Source: a virus
Lineage: Duplodnaviria; Caudoviricetes
Reading direction: 5' to 3' (one strand)
IMG/VR virus record: IMGVR_UViG_3300046779_001841
Span: 252,222 to 316,221 of that record
DNA: 64,000 nt
The notes beneath the pieces were generated by a model, which was given only the letters and a program-made list of their open reading frames with translations, made no database searches and was not told the origin of the DNA. This document shows, in pieces, positions 28,457 to 37,614 of this stretch. The position numbers and the translations under genes were made by a program. Position 1 is the first letter of the stretch. Each line of letters opens with the position of its first letter.

Positions 28457-29692
28457 TTAACCTAATCTTTTCAGTCTTTGATATAACTTAGCTAGTTTTG
28501 CACTACCTGGTTGAGTAGTAGGTAATCCTTGAAATACTGCATCATCATCCTGCATTACATCAGTTTGATTTAGTATATTTTTTAAAGTATTTCTTGCTCT
28601 AGGCTTAGTACCAACAAATTCCTCTTGATGTTTATTTAAAGAATAGGCATTAGACTGTGGTATTGAAATCATAGATTTTGCAAAACCATCTTTTTCATCA
28701 AATGGTTTTCTGATCACACCTAAGCTATCTGTACAAGCATTTAAACATGGCAATAAATCTTTCATTGGCAAGTTCACTGCAAAACAACCTAATGTTAAAC
28801 TTGCATCTCCACCACCTTTATTTTTTTTCAACCATTGGGATACTTCACCAGTAGCACCTACATTCCAAATATCTGTGAAAGTATTTGTAAGATCTGTTCT
28901 ACCATCATCTGTTACAACACCAATCAATTTTTCAGGACTGTAAGTGTTTAATAAACTAATGGCCGCCCATCTATGATGACCATCTACAATAAATCCTTCT
29001 TTAGAAATAATAGATGCAGTGTTTGGATCAAATTTAGTTAAACCAGGAAATTTACCAAGCAAATATGCTCTTGCCATACCAAACGCTTTATCCATATTGA
29101 TTTCTTTTTGTGTTGGTCTTAATCCAGTTGCAGGAACTTGTACTCGTTTTACAGCAACTTTCATTGGCACTATTGTTGATTTCTCATGGTATCTATAACC
29201 AGCTGATGTTTCATCAATATCTGCTTCAAAAAGATCTTCTGCATCCATTTTAGATAATTGCAATAGTTTACCCTTAAGAGGTCCCTTCATTGCAAATACA
29301 TATCTTTCTTTTAGTGCATTTTTTGGTGGATTTTTCCAATCAATAACACCTGCTTGTAGATTTTTAATAATCAATAAAAGTTTTGCTCCTTCCAACACAG
29401 GCATTTCTGCTCTTGGAATATTCTTTTTACCTTGACACAAAGAAGCATCTGCATCACAAAAATCTACTTTGTTTGAAAAATCAGCAGTTCTTGTATTCGC
29501 AGTATACATACCATCTTCTAATTGATCTGGATATAAAGCATATGCCAAAATAAGTGACTTATGACCTCTTGCATCATCATCACTAACTCTAATATTGTTA
29601 GCTTTTAATACCATTTTTGCATTTCTTAAAATACTTCTACCTTCAGATGTTTCTAAGTATGCTCTAATTTGTCTTGCTTGTCTTGATAACAT
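28457..29692 (-). CDS. Virion-type protein with a ParB-N-like domain
   Basis: LRPTQKEI..IISKEGFIVDGHHRWAA; terminal K/R-x-A motifs. Confidence 0.65.
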   Translation of the reverse strand: MLSRQARQIRAYLETSEGRSILRNAKMVLKANNIRVSDDDARGHKSLILAYALYPDQLEDGMYTANTRTADFSNKVDFCDADASLCQGKKNIPRAEMPVLEGAKLLLIIKNLQAGVIDWKNPPKNALKERYVFAMKGPLKGKLLQLSKMDAEDLFEADIDETSAGYRYHEKSTIVPMKVAVKRVQVPATGLRPTQKEINMDKAFGMARAYLLGKFPGLTKFDPNTASIISKEGFIVDGHHRWAAISLLNTYSPEKLIGVVTDDGRTDLTNTFTDIWNVGATGEVSQWLKKNKGGGDASLTLGCFAVNLPMKDLLPCLNACTDSLGVIRKPFDEKDGFAKSMISIPQSNAYSLNKHQEEFVGTKPRARNTLKNILNQTDVMQDDDAVFQGLPTTQPGSAKLAKLYQRLKRLG

Positions 29693-29752
29693 TTGGTTAT
29701 CTCCTTTTCTTTAAAGAAAACTCATTTCTATTAAAATGAAAAAATAAAAAGA

Positions 29753-30826
29753 TTATCGAAATCTTTGTCTAAGTAAATATAGATTGGTTTCATGATCATT
29801 TGCTGTTGCCATGATGAAATCATCCAATCCTAATGACATTTGTCCTTCTAATCCATCATAGACAACTTCAAAGAGATCTTGTAAAAACTCTTCTACACAT
29901 AATGCTCTATGTAATGGATCTGTTGATGCTTCACTGATTGCTTTGACTTGCATTGACATTTCTGCCATTTGTGCATTCATCTCAACTGCTTCCGCACCAA
30001 ACTCTGCTACAATCTTTTCTGCCAAAGCATCTATTTCTTCAGGCAAACTATTATATAGCTTGTCCATCAATAAATGATCTCCATAATATGGCATACCTTT
30101 GACTTGCCAATGGCTTGTCCAATGACTTAAATGTGCTGATCTTAAACCAGCTAATAACATCAATAGCATTTGCAATTTATTTACTTGCATACTTGATCTC
30201 CTTGTTTTTAATCTTTGATATTTCTGTGGATTTTTTCTTCTATGTTCATAATAAAGTTTTAATCTTGGTCTGTTCTTTCTTTGATATTCTCTTACTTTTC
30301 GTTTTATCTTAAAACGATTCTTCTGATAATATCTCTTAGCATCTCTTCTTGCTTGTCCTCTTTGTTTATGTTGACGATCTTGTCTTCTTGGTGGTCTCCA
30401 TTCTATCTTTGCCTGCTTTTCTTCTTCTGCAGTCATTGTTCGTCTTTGATTTATCATTGTTCCTTGATCTATATATGGATGTCCATATTGATCTCCTGGA
30501 ACACCAGTTGTTCTTGGACTTTGATGTAATGGCTTTCCCATTGGCTTTGGACTTACTGCATTTTGAGATCTAGGTTTACTATAATTTGATGAATTATCCA
30601 TACTATCTGATGGTGTGTTATATGCAGGTGGCCCTGGTCGCTTTTCTTCACGACCATCTGGATGTCCACTTGGTAATGGTAACACTCTATCTCTTTGTGG
30701 TTTCCCATCTGCATAATCTTCTCTACTCTTTTCTGGTTTAGTAGTATCTGTACCAGATTCTGGTTTTACCCATGTCTTAGCACCAGATAAAGATTCATCA
30801 GATCTGTATGAATATTTATTTGTCAT
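29753..30826 (-). CDS. Basic low-complexity N-domain fused to a Dps/ferritin-like domain (internal start at 30190)
   Basis: HWTSHWQVKG..HLLMDKLY..EIDALAE (Dps-like); AAGGAG SD 7 nt before the in-frame ATG 30190. Confidence 0.75.
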   Translation of the reverse strand: MTNKYSYRSDESLSGAKTWVKPESGTDTTKPEKSREDYADGKPQRDRVLPLPSGHPDGREEKRPGPPAYNTPSDSMDNSSNYSKPRSQNAVSPKPMGKPLHQSPRTTGVPGDQYGHPYIDQGTMINQRRTMTAEEEKQAKIEWRPPRRQDRQHKQRGQARRDAKRYYQKNRFKIKRKVREYQRKNRPRLKLYYEHRRKNPQKYQRLKTRRSSMQVNKLQMLLMLLAGLRSAHLSHWTSHWQVKGMPYYGDHLLMDKLYNSLPEEIDALAEKIVAEFGAEAVEMNAQMAEMSMQVKAISEASTDPLHRALCVEEFLQDLFEVVYDGLEGQMSLGLDDFIMATANDHETNLYLLRQRFR

Positions 30827-31184
30827 TTTTCATATACCTATTTGCTATTCTTCTTGCACTTGGATATGGATTAAACTTACTCGCTATATCTACTAATTCT
30901 CTATCTTCATGTGGCAATCTTTGACGATAAAACCCTTCACCTAACTTGATTAAAGCATAAGTTGTCTTATCTAATTCTCTTGCCATATTATCTGCTGATA
31001 AAGGTATTGTTAATAACACATCACCACATAGTTTTTGTAGTTCTTCTTCTAGTTCTGGATTTTCTTTTATTCCTTCTAGTAATTGTTTTACACATACACT
31101 TATTCGATGTGCTTCTACTCTAGCAGAATTTACACCTTCACTTATTAAACTCCAACTCGCTTGACTATTTGATTTCTTTTTCAT
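30816..31184 (-). CDS. Helical hypothetical protein
   Basis: 122 aa; C-terminal RRIANRY motif. Confidence 0.7.
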   Translation of the reverse strand: MKKKSNSQASWSLISEGVNSARVEAHRISVCVKQLLEGIKENPELEEELQKLCGDVLLTIPLSADNMARELDKTTYALIKLGEGFYRQRLPHEDRELVDIASKFNPYPSARRIANRYMKNDK

Positions 31185-31234
31185 TATTCCACCTTTATTT
31201 GAAACTACAAATAAAGACTTTTATAAATAAAATA

Positions 31235-31576
31235 TTAAGATAGACCAATAATCACTGCTACAAATATCAATGTTAAAGATAATATGGCTTTTGGATTAAA
31301 ACCAAAGAAATATGTATTCAATATCATCTCTATGAGAAATAATGTTACTTGCCATATTAAAGATGCTTTCCATATATCATAAACATCTCTTAAATACCAC
31401 CATGCAGTTAAACTTGCATAGGTAGTCAATAAACTTGTATATATCCACCATTCTATTGGTGTCCATTGCAAATCAAACACTTCTTTGGCATTTGATCTAA
31501 ACCAATAGACTAATGCACAAAATACAATCAAACTTAAACTATATAGCATATCTTTTCTTTCTTTCAAAAACACCAT
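31235..31576 (-). CDS. Four-TM membrane protein (SMR/DMT-like)
   Basis: Four hydrophobic helices in about 105 aa. Confidence 0.55.
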   Translation of the reverse strand: MVFLKERKDMLYSLSLIVFCALVYWFRSNAKEVFDLQWTPIEWWIYTSLLTTYASLTAWWYLRDVYDIWKASLIWQVTLFLIEMILNTYFFGFNPKAILSLTLIFVAVIIGLS

Positions 31577-31603
31577 ATAGTCGATCTATATTAAATGAAT
31601 ATC

Positions 31604-32581
31604 TTATTGTTCTGCCAATGCTTTATCAATCGCTTTTACAACACCATCTGTTTCAATCGCTTTAATTTTAGCTAAAGTTTCTGCATCATTACCATATTTC
31701 TCTACTGCTAACTTTACACGATGTTGCCAGTGCTTTGATTTATCCCATGCAAATTCTTCACTTTGTCCAATAATCACTGCACCTGTTGATGGATTTGATT
31801 CCAATGCTTCGATTGTTTGTAAATCTTCTTGAATTGATGATGTTGCTTCTACAATAGGTTCAAGATTTAATTCACTTGATGGTTCTTCACCAGCTACTGT
31901 AACTTCTTCTGCTTGATTTAAAGCATCTGTTAATTCATCTTGTGTAATTACAGATCCTACAATCTCACCACCTTGTTGATCTTCTACCACTACTGGTTTT
32001 CTTACTGCATCTCTTTGTAAGTTTTCTAACTTTGCCATCTCTTTGGTAATTTGACTACCATCAGAAATCACTATCTTTTGCTTACTTGCAGTCTTTAATG
32101 GTATCTTTACTGATTCTGCACCTTGTTGTGATGATACATTATCCATTGCACTTGATGCTCCTGCGATTGTTGCACCACTCTTATTTTCTACCTTATGCAC
32201 TGGACGAATATCTGCATCTTGACTTTCTACTTGAATTGGAAATTTCTTTTCAACAATCACTTCTTTCTTTGATACTTCGCCTACTGACTTTTCTTCATCA
32301 TAGACTTTTTGTACTGGCATTTCTTTCTTTGGCATTGCAACAGGTGCAGTTGCTTTCTTTTCTTCTACATAATCTGCTGGATCTACGATTGTTAACCAGC
32401 CTCTTTTAATGCCTGATTTAAGTTCTGGCATGACTACATCTTGATTGCCTACTCGCAATGTTACTCCATCAAATTCTACAACATCACCTTGATATAAATT
32501 TCTTTCAAGTTTTCCCAAGTGGATTGTTGTATTTGCCTTTACACGAATAAACACACCTTTATTGAAATTCACTTCTGACAT
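31604..32581 (-). CDS. Hypothetical protein next to the capsid genes
   Basis: 325 aa ORF with SD. Confidence 0.75.
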   Translation of the reverse strand: MSEVNFNKGVFIRVKANTTIHLGKLERNLYQGDVVEFDGVTLRVGNQDVVMPELKSGIKRGWLTIVDPADYVEEKKATAPVAMPKKEMPVQKVYDEEKSVGEVSKKEVIVEKKFPIQVESQDADIRPVHKVENKSGATIAGASSAMDNVSSQQGAESVKIPLKTASKQKIVISDGSQITKEMAKLENLQRDAVRKPVVVEDQQGGEIVGSVITQDELTDALNQAEEVTVAGEEPSSELNLEPIVEATSSIQEDLQTIEALESNPSTGAVIIGQSEEFAWDKSKHWQHRVKLAVEKYGNDAETLAKIKAIETDGVVKAIDKALAEQ

Positions 32582-32656
32582 TTCATTCTTCCTTTTTAAT
32601 TTGAGTTTAGAAACATATTATATATACATAAACTATAAACATTTTATCAAAAATAA

Positions 32657-32690
32657 AAAAAGACTAAGTATTTTTTTACCTAGTCTTTTT
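32657..32690 (-). terminator. Rho-independent terminator
   Basis: Minus strand AGACTAGGTA-A6-TACTTAGTCT followed by a T run. Confidence 0.6.
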
Positions 32691-32815
32691 CTCTTATTTA
32701 ATGTGCCTTAATCAATATTGACTAAGGCACAATACACAACAACAAACACACTTATAAGCAAGAGTGCTTATCTCTTTATAAAACATTCTCTTTTTTACTG
32801 CAAATTTTTTTTCAA

Positions 32816-33148
32816 TCAATTATTTTCTTCATTCTCAAGAGATTTCATATATTCATTTTCTAACTCAAGATTAGAAATTTCTTCATCAAACATATTTGAT
32901 ATTGTTTGACATAACAAAGCCAAATCATAATTATCAACATCTAATAAATCTTCCCAGTCATATCCTATATCAAATCTATATACAGATCTTTGCACCAGTG
33001 CATTGTCTGTTGTTAATGATAAAGAATATTCAATTCCTTCTTTCTCTAAAAGGACAACAAGTAATTCATCATTCACACTCTCTACTTCTGCAGTGATTGA
33101 GTGATTAGTAAGAGCATTTAAAAGTTTGGAAATCATTGAGTTCATCAT
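32816..33148 (-). CDS. Acidic hypothetical protein
   Basis: 110 aa ORF with SD; motif copy G upstream. Confidence 0.75.
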   Translation of the reverse strand: MMNSMISKLLNALTNHSITAEVESVNDELLVVLLEKEGIEYSLSLTTDNALVQRSVYRFDIGYDWEDLLDVDNYDLALLCQTISNMFDEEISNLELENEYMKSLENEENN

Positions 33149-33165
33149 TTTTCATTTTCCTTTTA

Positions 33166-33213
33166 GTCATTATCGACATATCTATAACACTTCTGGATAA
33201 GCTATCTTTGCAA
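33166..33213 (-). promoter_or_regulatory. Conserved motif, copy G
   Basis: TTGCAAAGATAGCTTATCCAGAAGTGTTATAGATATGTCGATAATGAC. Confidence 0.8.
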
Positions 33214-33229
33214 CCAACAATAAAATATT

Positions 33230-33529
33230 TTATAATTGCCAATAAGCATTTTCTGTTTTGATTAATCTGTTTATCTTTTTTGTTAGTTGAACTGGATCTG
33301 TATATTCTCTATCATTGATAGATTCAAACATATCTAAGTCTTCATTGGTATGAACTTTAAGAAACACATCATATTCATCTTTTTCACAAGAGATCACTAA
33401 ATCAATATGACTTGCTTCTAAAGCAGGGTGCTTGATCTTAATGCTCTTACAAGCCACTACTTGACTATAATCAATACCTTTGCTTTTAAGATTGAGTTTA
33501 AGAGCATTTAAAATTTCTAACTTTGTCAT
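33230..33529 (-). CDS. Hypothetical protein
   Basis: 99 aa ORF with SD; motif copy H upstream. Confidence 0.75.
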   Translation of the reverse strand: MTKLEILNALKLNLKSKGIDYSQVVACKSIKIKHPALEASHIDLVISCEKDEYDVFLKVHTNEDLDMFESINDREYTDPVQLTKKINRLIKTENAYWQL

Positions 33530-33555
33530 AGGTTTTTTTCCTTGATCTTGAGTTT

Positions 33556-33603
33556 GTCTTCATTGACATACCTATAACACTTATGACCTAGCTACCTTTG
33601 CAA
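33556..33603 (-). promoter_or_regulatory. Conserved motif, copy H
   Basis: TTGCAAAGGTAGC-N8-AAGTGTTATAGGTATGTCAATGAAGAC. Confidence 0.75.
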
Positions 33604-33689
33604 CCAAATGAAAATATTATTGTCTTTTGTGTTTTTATTTTCTCTAAATTTAGGAGAACGGAGCAAGAAAACTTGCTCTTTAAAATAAA

Positions 33690-33719
33690 AAACCCAGTGT
33701 CTAAAAAGACACTGGGTTT
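33690..33719 (-). terminator. Rho-independent terminator after the major capsid gene
   Basis: Perfect 13-bp stem AAACCCAGTGTCT/AGACACTGGGTTT, 4-nt loop and a T-rich tail on the minus strand; second hairpin GAGCAAG-AAAA-CTTGCTC at 33661-33678. Confidence 0.85.
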
Positions 33720-33751
33720 CTAAACATCCGAATAAACCAAGTAATTTACGA

Positions 33752-34633
33752 TTAACGAGTTACTGTTAAACGAGTTAAACCACGAGGATTGTAAGCCCCA
33801 ATACCCAAATTTTCAAAAACTGAAAAACCGATTGTACGAGCCTTAGGATCATCAGCAGAAAGAACAGTCAATTCAGTACGAACAGGAATACGACCAAACA
33901 TTTCAGGTTCACAACATACATATACAGTACCTGGATTTACCAAACGACTTGTAATGATTTGTGCGCCCCATAGAGTGGCTTGAAGACCTGTCTTTAACAA
34001 ACTTGCTTGACTTTCGATGTCCAAGATGTCACGACCAAACTTTCTAATATCTGCATAATCACGAGCATTGATAAATACACGAGCAACACGAAGATCATGC
34101 TTTTCAATTTGTGCATAAGCATCTGCAAGTACTGCACCATTTAAAGGTGCAATTACAGGAATATCAGGATTGGTTTGTCCAGCTACACCATCAAAACCTT
34201 GAGTCGCAACTGCATCAAGAATAGCAAATACTCTTTCATCTTCTGCGGCCTGGATTTGCGCTCTAGCTAAATCTTGCGCTCTCTCAATGAGATCAAATCG
34301 TCTTTCCTTAATTTGTGTTAAAGGAATTTCTGGATTTGATGCAATTTCAAAGAGAGGGAAAATCACTCTGCGTGGCTTGGTAATTGCAAGAATGTTTTCA
34401 CCTTCTTCACCAACTACGAAAGCTGTTACATCTGGATCTTTGTCATAAATTGGCAAAGCACCATCAGGTAATTGTTCTACCAAGAAAGTCTTACGACCAA
34501 CACTGGTATAATCTCTTCTAAGACGCAATGGTTGTGTCATAGAAGATGCTAACTTAGCACGACCTTGTGGGGTCTTGATGTAATCAGAAATAATCTTTTG
34601 TTTTACTGCATTATCGACATTTACATTAGACAT
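33752..34633 (-). CDS. Major capsid protein (HK97-fold)
   Basis: Lies after scaffold and decoration genes; strong terminator; biased codon use (frequent CGT); VGEEGE..FEIASNPEI..RRFDLIERAQ capsid-like pattern. Confidence 0.85.
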   Translation of the reverse strand: MSNVNVDNAVKQKIISDYIKTPQGRAKLASSMTQPLRLRRDYTSVGRKTFLVEQLPDGALPIYDKDPDVTAFVVGEEGENILAITKPRRVIFPLFEIASNPEIPLTQIKERRFDLIERAQDLARAQIQAAEDERVFAILDAVATQGFDGVAGQTNPDIPVIAPLNGAVLADAYAQIEKHDLRVARVFINARDYADIRKFGRDILDIESQASLLKTGLQATLWGAQIITSRLVNPGTVYVCCEPEMFGRIPVRTELTVLSADDPKARTIGFSVFENLGIGAYNPRGLTRLTVTR

Positions 34634-34654
34634 TTTAACTGTTTCCTTTCTTAA

Positions 34655-35290
34655 TTAAATTCTTTGGTCATAAACGAGTTCATCAGATGATGTATCGCTT
34701 GAAACAGTTAAAATACCAATAGTCCATGAACCACCAGCGGCGGGACCTGAACCATGATCTGCATCATGTCTATCACCAGCAATAGAATTTGTCAAATAAC
34801 CATTTAATGATGCAAATAATTCATCACCAATAGTATATTGCAAAGTATCGCCAATATCATCACCAGTAAGAACTTGTGTTTCGTAAAGGCTGTTACCATA
34901 AGTACCTTGTGCAGATACATAGGGTCCACGATTTGATGCAACACCAGGTTGATTAGTAAATGCAAGACCAACAGCTGTATTAATAAATACACCTAGTGGC
35001 TTTTCATTAACATTTGCAGGATCACTAGCAGTGGGTCCACCATGAAAATATTCACCTTCGTCATTACGAGCGAAAGCAATAGAACCACTTAATACACCAA
35101 GAACGCCAGCAGTAAAACCAGATGCAGTGGTCTTAGTTCCAGCAGTTGTAATTACAGGTGGATTAGTTTGAGTAAAAGAATCAGCAGTCAACTGACCGAC
35201 TGTATTGCGAACACCTACATGAAGGATACGCAATGCACTATTACTTTGAGTAAATCCACCACTCGCTTGTCCAAGTAAAGAAATAGACAT
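34655..35290 (-). CDS. Putative capsid decoration (cement) protein
   Basis: Gly/Thr-rich, directly upstream of the capsid gene; ATG 35290 with GGAG SD. Confidence 0.6.
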   Translation of the reverse strand: MSISLLGQASGGFTQSNSALRILHVGVRNTVGQLTADSFTQTNPPVITTAGTKTTASGFTAGVLGVLSGSIAFARNDEGEYFHGGPTASDPANVNEKPLGVFINTAVGLAFTNQPGVASNRGPYVSAQGTYGNSLYETQVLTGDDIGDTLQYTIGDELFASLNGYLTNSIAGDRHDADHGSGPAAGGSWTIGILTVSSDTSSDELVYDQRI

Positions 35291-35516
35291 AATGTCACTC
35301 CTAAATCTCGTACTCTCTGTTTTCAAGAGAATGGTTATTGTTAAAGATTTTTTTAAAAGTTTTAAAGCCCAGTTATTTTTAATAACTTCACTTATCTATA
35401 CTTTGTTTAATAGATAAACTATTAAAGATTTAATAGAAATCTACTACTTTTTAATCATCTTTTTAGCATATTTCTTAAATGCACTAAAAACATGACTATA
35501 AAAGAACACCTAAATC

Positions 35517-37589
35517 TTAGCAAAAGAACTTGCTAACATCTGGTGCGGATTGCCATAACTTTGACAATTCATTAGCATCACTTGCAGTTCTACTAATATT
35601 GCCTAAAGTCTTTACACTTGCTTGTTGTGTCTTTGGTCTTGGGGTGATTGATGCTTTCTTAGATGATGCCTTGCCTTCTTCTTTAGCAGGTGCTTCTTTC
35701 TTAGGTGCTTCTTTCTTAGCAGGTGCTTTCTTTGCTGGCTTTTCTTCTTCTTCTTCAGATTCTTCTTCTTCAGATTCTTCTTCTTCTTCTTCAGATTCTT
35801 CTTCGGATTTCTTTGCCTTAGCAAATCTTGATGCCTTCTTAGATGCAGTAGTTTCTTCTTCTTCATCTGCATCTTCTTCAGATGCAAAGAACAAACTTGC
35901 TAATCTAGGATCAGCTTCTTCACCAATTTCTTCATCTGCATTAAGACCAAATGGATCTACTTCATCTGATTCAAATTCATCTGATTCAAATTCATCTGAC
36001 ATCATTTCCATTTCATCAGCCATAAGATCTTCTTCTTCTTCTTCAGCCATCATGACTTCATCTTCATCAGCCATGAACATAGCTTTCTTTGTAGATTGCT
36101 TACCTTCACGAGCTTCGATTTCTTCTTGATAGAAATAACGAGGATCATTTTGTCCAGCTTTTTTATTTGATCTCTTAGATGCAAATTTAGATGCTTGTTG
36201 TGACATGGCTTCTTCAGCTTCAATTTCAGCTAAAAGATCAGCTAAAGATTCAGCACCATCATCGCCAACACCTTCTTCAGCCATATAATCACTTAACACA
36301 TTTGCTAAACGACCAACTCCTGCTTTTTTTTTAGCAGAAGCATATCTTTCAACAGGTTGTTCACCAGAAATTGCATAATTTTGTTCTAAAGCATCTTGAA
36401 CTTCAGTACCAGCAAGTCTTGATCTCAATCTTGCATTAGCTTTCTTTAATGCCTTGATTTCTTCTTCAAGAACTTCACTATCACTTAATTCATCATCATC
36501 TTCAGATTTCTTAGCCATTCTTAACTTGGCATTAGCTTTCTTTAATGCTTTGATTTCTTCAGATAAAGTTTCTACTTCTTCAGATAAAGTTTCTACTTCT
36601 TCAGCAAGTTGTTCTGCAGTTTCTACTGCTTCTTCAGCTAGATCTTCTGCTTCATCAGATTTCTTAGCCATTCTTAATTGAGCATTAGCTTTCTTTAATG
36701 CCTTTACTTCTTCAGCAAGTTCTTCAGCAGTTTCTACTGCTTCTTCAGCAATAGATTCTGCATCTTCGGATTTCTTAGCCATTCTTAATTGAGCATTAGC
36801 TTTCTTTAATGCTTTAATTTCTTCAGCTAGATTTTCAACTTCTTCAGCAAGTTGTTCTGCAGTAGAAACTGCTTCTTCAGCAATTTCTTCAGCACTATCA
36901 GATTTCTTGGCATAACGACTACGATTTGCTCTACGAGCCATGATGTCCATATCAGCCATCATGTCAAATTCATCAGCCATTGACATACCATCTTCTAAAG
37001 ACATATCATCTTCAAATTCGTCTGCCAACATATCCATTTCATCTGATTCAAGATCTTCAGACATGAGATCAAAATCTTCAGACATCATATCTTCAGCATC
37101 AACTTCACCATAATAACCAGTGCCTTCTTGAACAACATCTTCAGCCATAAAAGAAGAAGCGAGTTTTCTTTGAATAGCAGAATTAGGCAAATTCATATAT
37201 GACAAAGCAAGATTTTCAATAGCACGAGCAGATGCCTTGCGACCAAGTTTCTGTTCAGCTAAACGAATACACTTAGATGCTTTTCTTTCCATAGCTTGTT
37301 TGAGATTTAATTCATGTAGTTGACTACCTGTTTCATAATCTTCAACTAAATCTTGATCGACTGCTGGGTGATCTGGCATCCAACCAACACTTGCTGGTGG
37401 TGGACCTGAAAGGTAAGGACCCTTGCGAACACCTTCGCCAAAATCACTATCAATACCATATTCATCTACTTCAGGTTGTGCATAAGAAGCTGGATGACCA
37501 AAAGCATCCCAACCTTGATTATCATATCCAGGAATACCAGAATTTGCTCTTCTCTTTGCAAAAGAAGATCTTTTTGTACGGAAAGTCAT
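35517..37589 (-). CDS. Acidic scaffold-like head assembly protein
   Basis: Between protease and capsid genes; very E/D-rich; coiled-coil tandem repeats; many K/R-x-A-S motifs; start ATG 37589 with GGAG SD. Confidence 0.7.
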   Translation of the reverse strand: MTFRTKRSSFAKRRANSGIPGYDNQGWDAFGHPASYAQPEVDEYGIDSDFGEGVRKGPYLSGPPPASVGWMPDHPAVDQDLVEDYETGSQLHELNLKQAMERKASKCIRLAEQKLGRKASARAIENLALSYMNLPNSAIQRKLASSFMAEDVVQEGTGYYGEVDAEDMMSEDFDLMSEDLESDEMDMLADEFEDDMSLEDGMSMADEFDMMADMDIMARRANRSRYAKKSDSAEEIAEEAVSTAEQLAEEVENLAEEIKALKKANAQLRMAKKSEDAESIAEEAVETAEELAEEVKALKKANAQLRMAKKSDEAEDLAEEAVETAEQLAEEVETLSEEVETLSEEIKALKKANAKLRMAKKSEDDDELSDSEVLEEEIKALKKANARLRSRLAGTEVQDALEQNYAISGEQPVERYASAKKKAGVGRLANVLSDYMAEEGVGDDGAESLADLLAEIEAEEAMSQQASKFASKRSNKKAGQNDPRYFYQEEIEAREGKQSTKKAMFMADEDEVMMAEEEEEDLMADEMEMMSDEFESDEFESDEVDPFGLNADEEIGEEADPRLASLFFASEEDADEEEETTASKKASRFAKAKKSEEESEEEEEESEEEESEEEEEKPAKKAPAKKEAPKKEAPAKEEGKASSKKASITPRPKTQQASVKTLGNISRTASDANELSKLWQSAPDVSKFFC

Positions 37590-37614
37590 GTTAAACTCCA
37601 CTGGTTGTAAAGGT

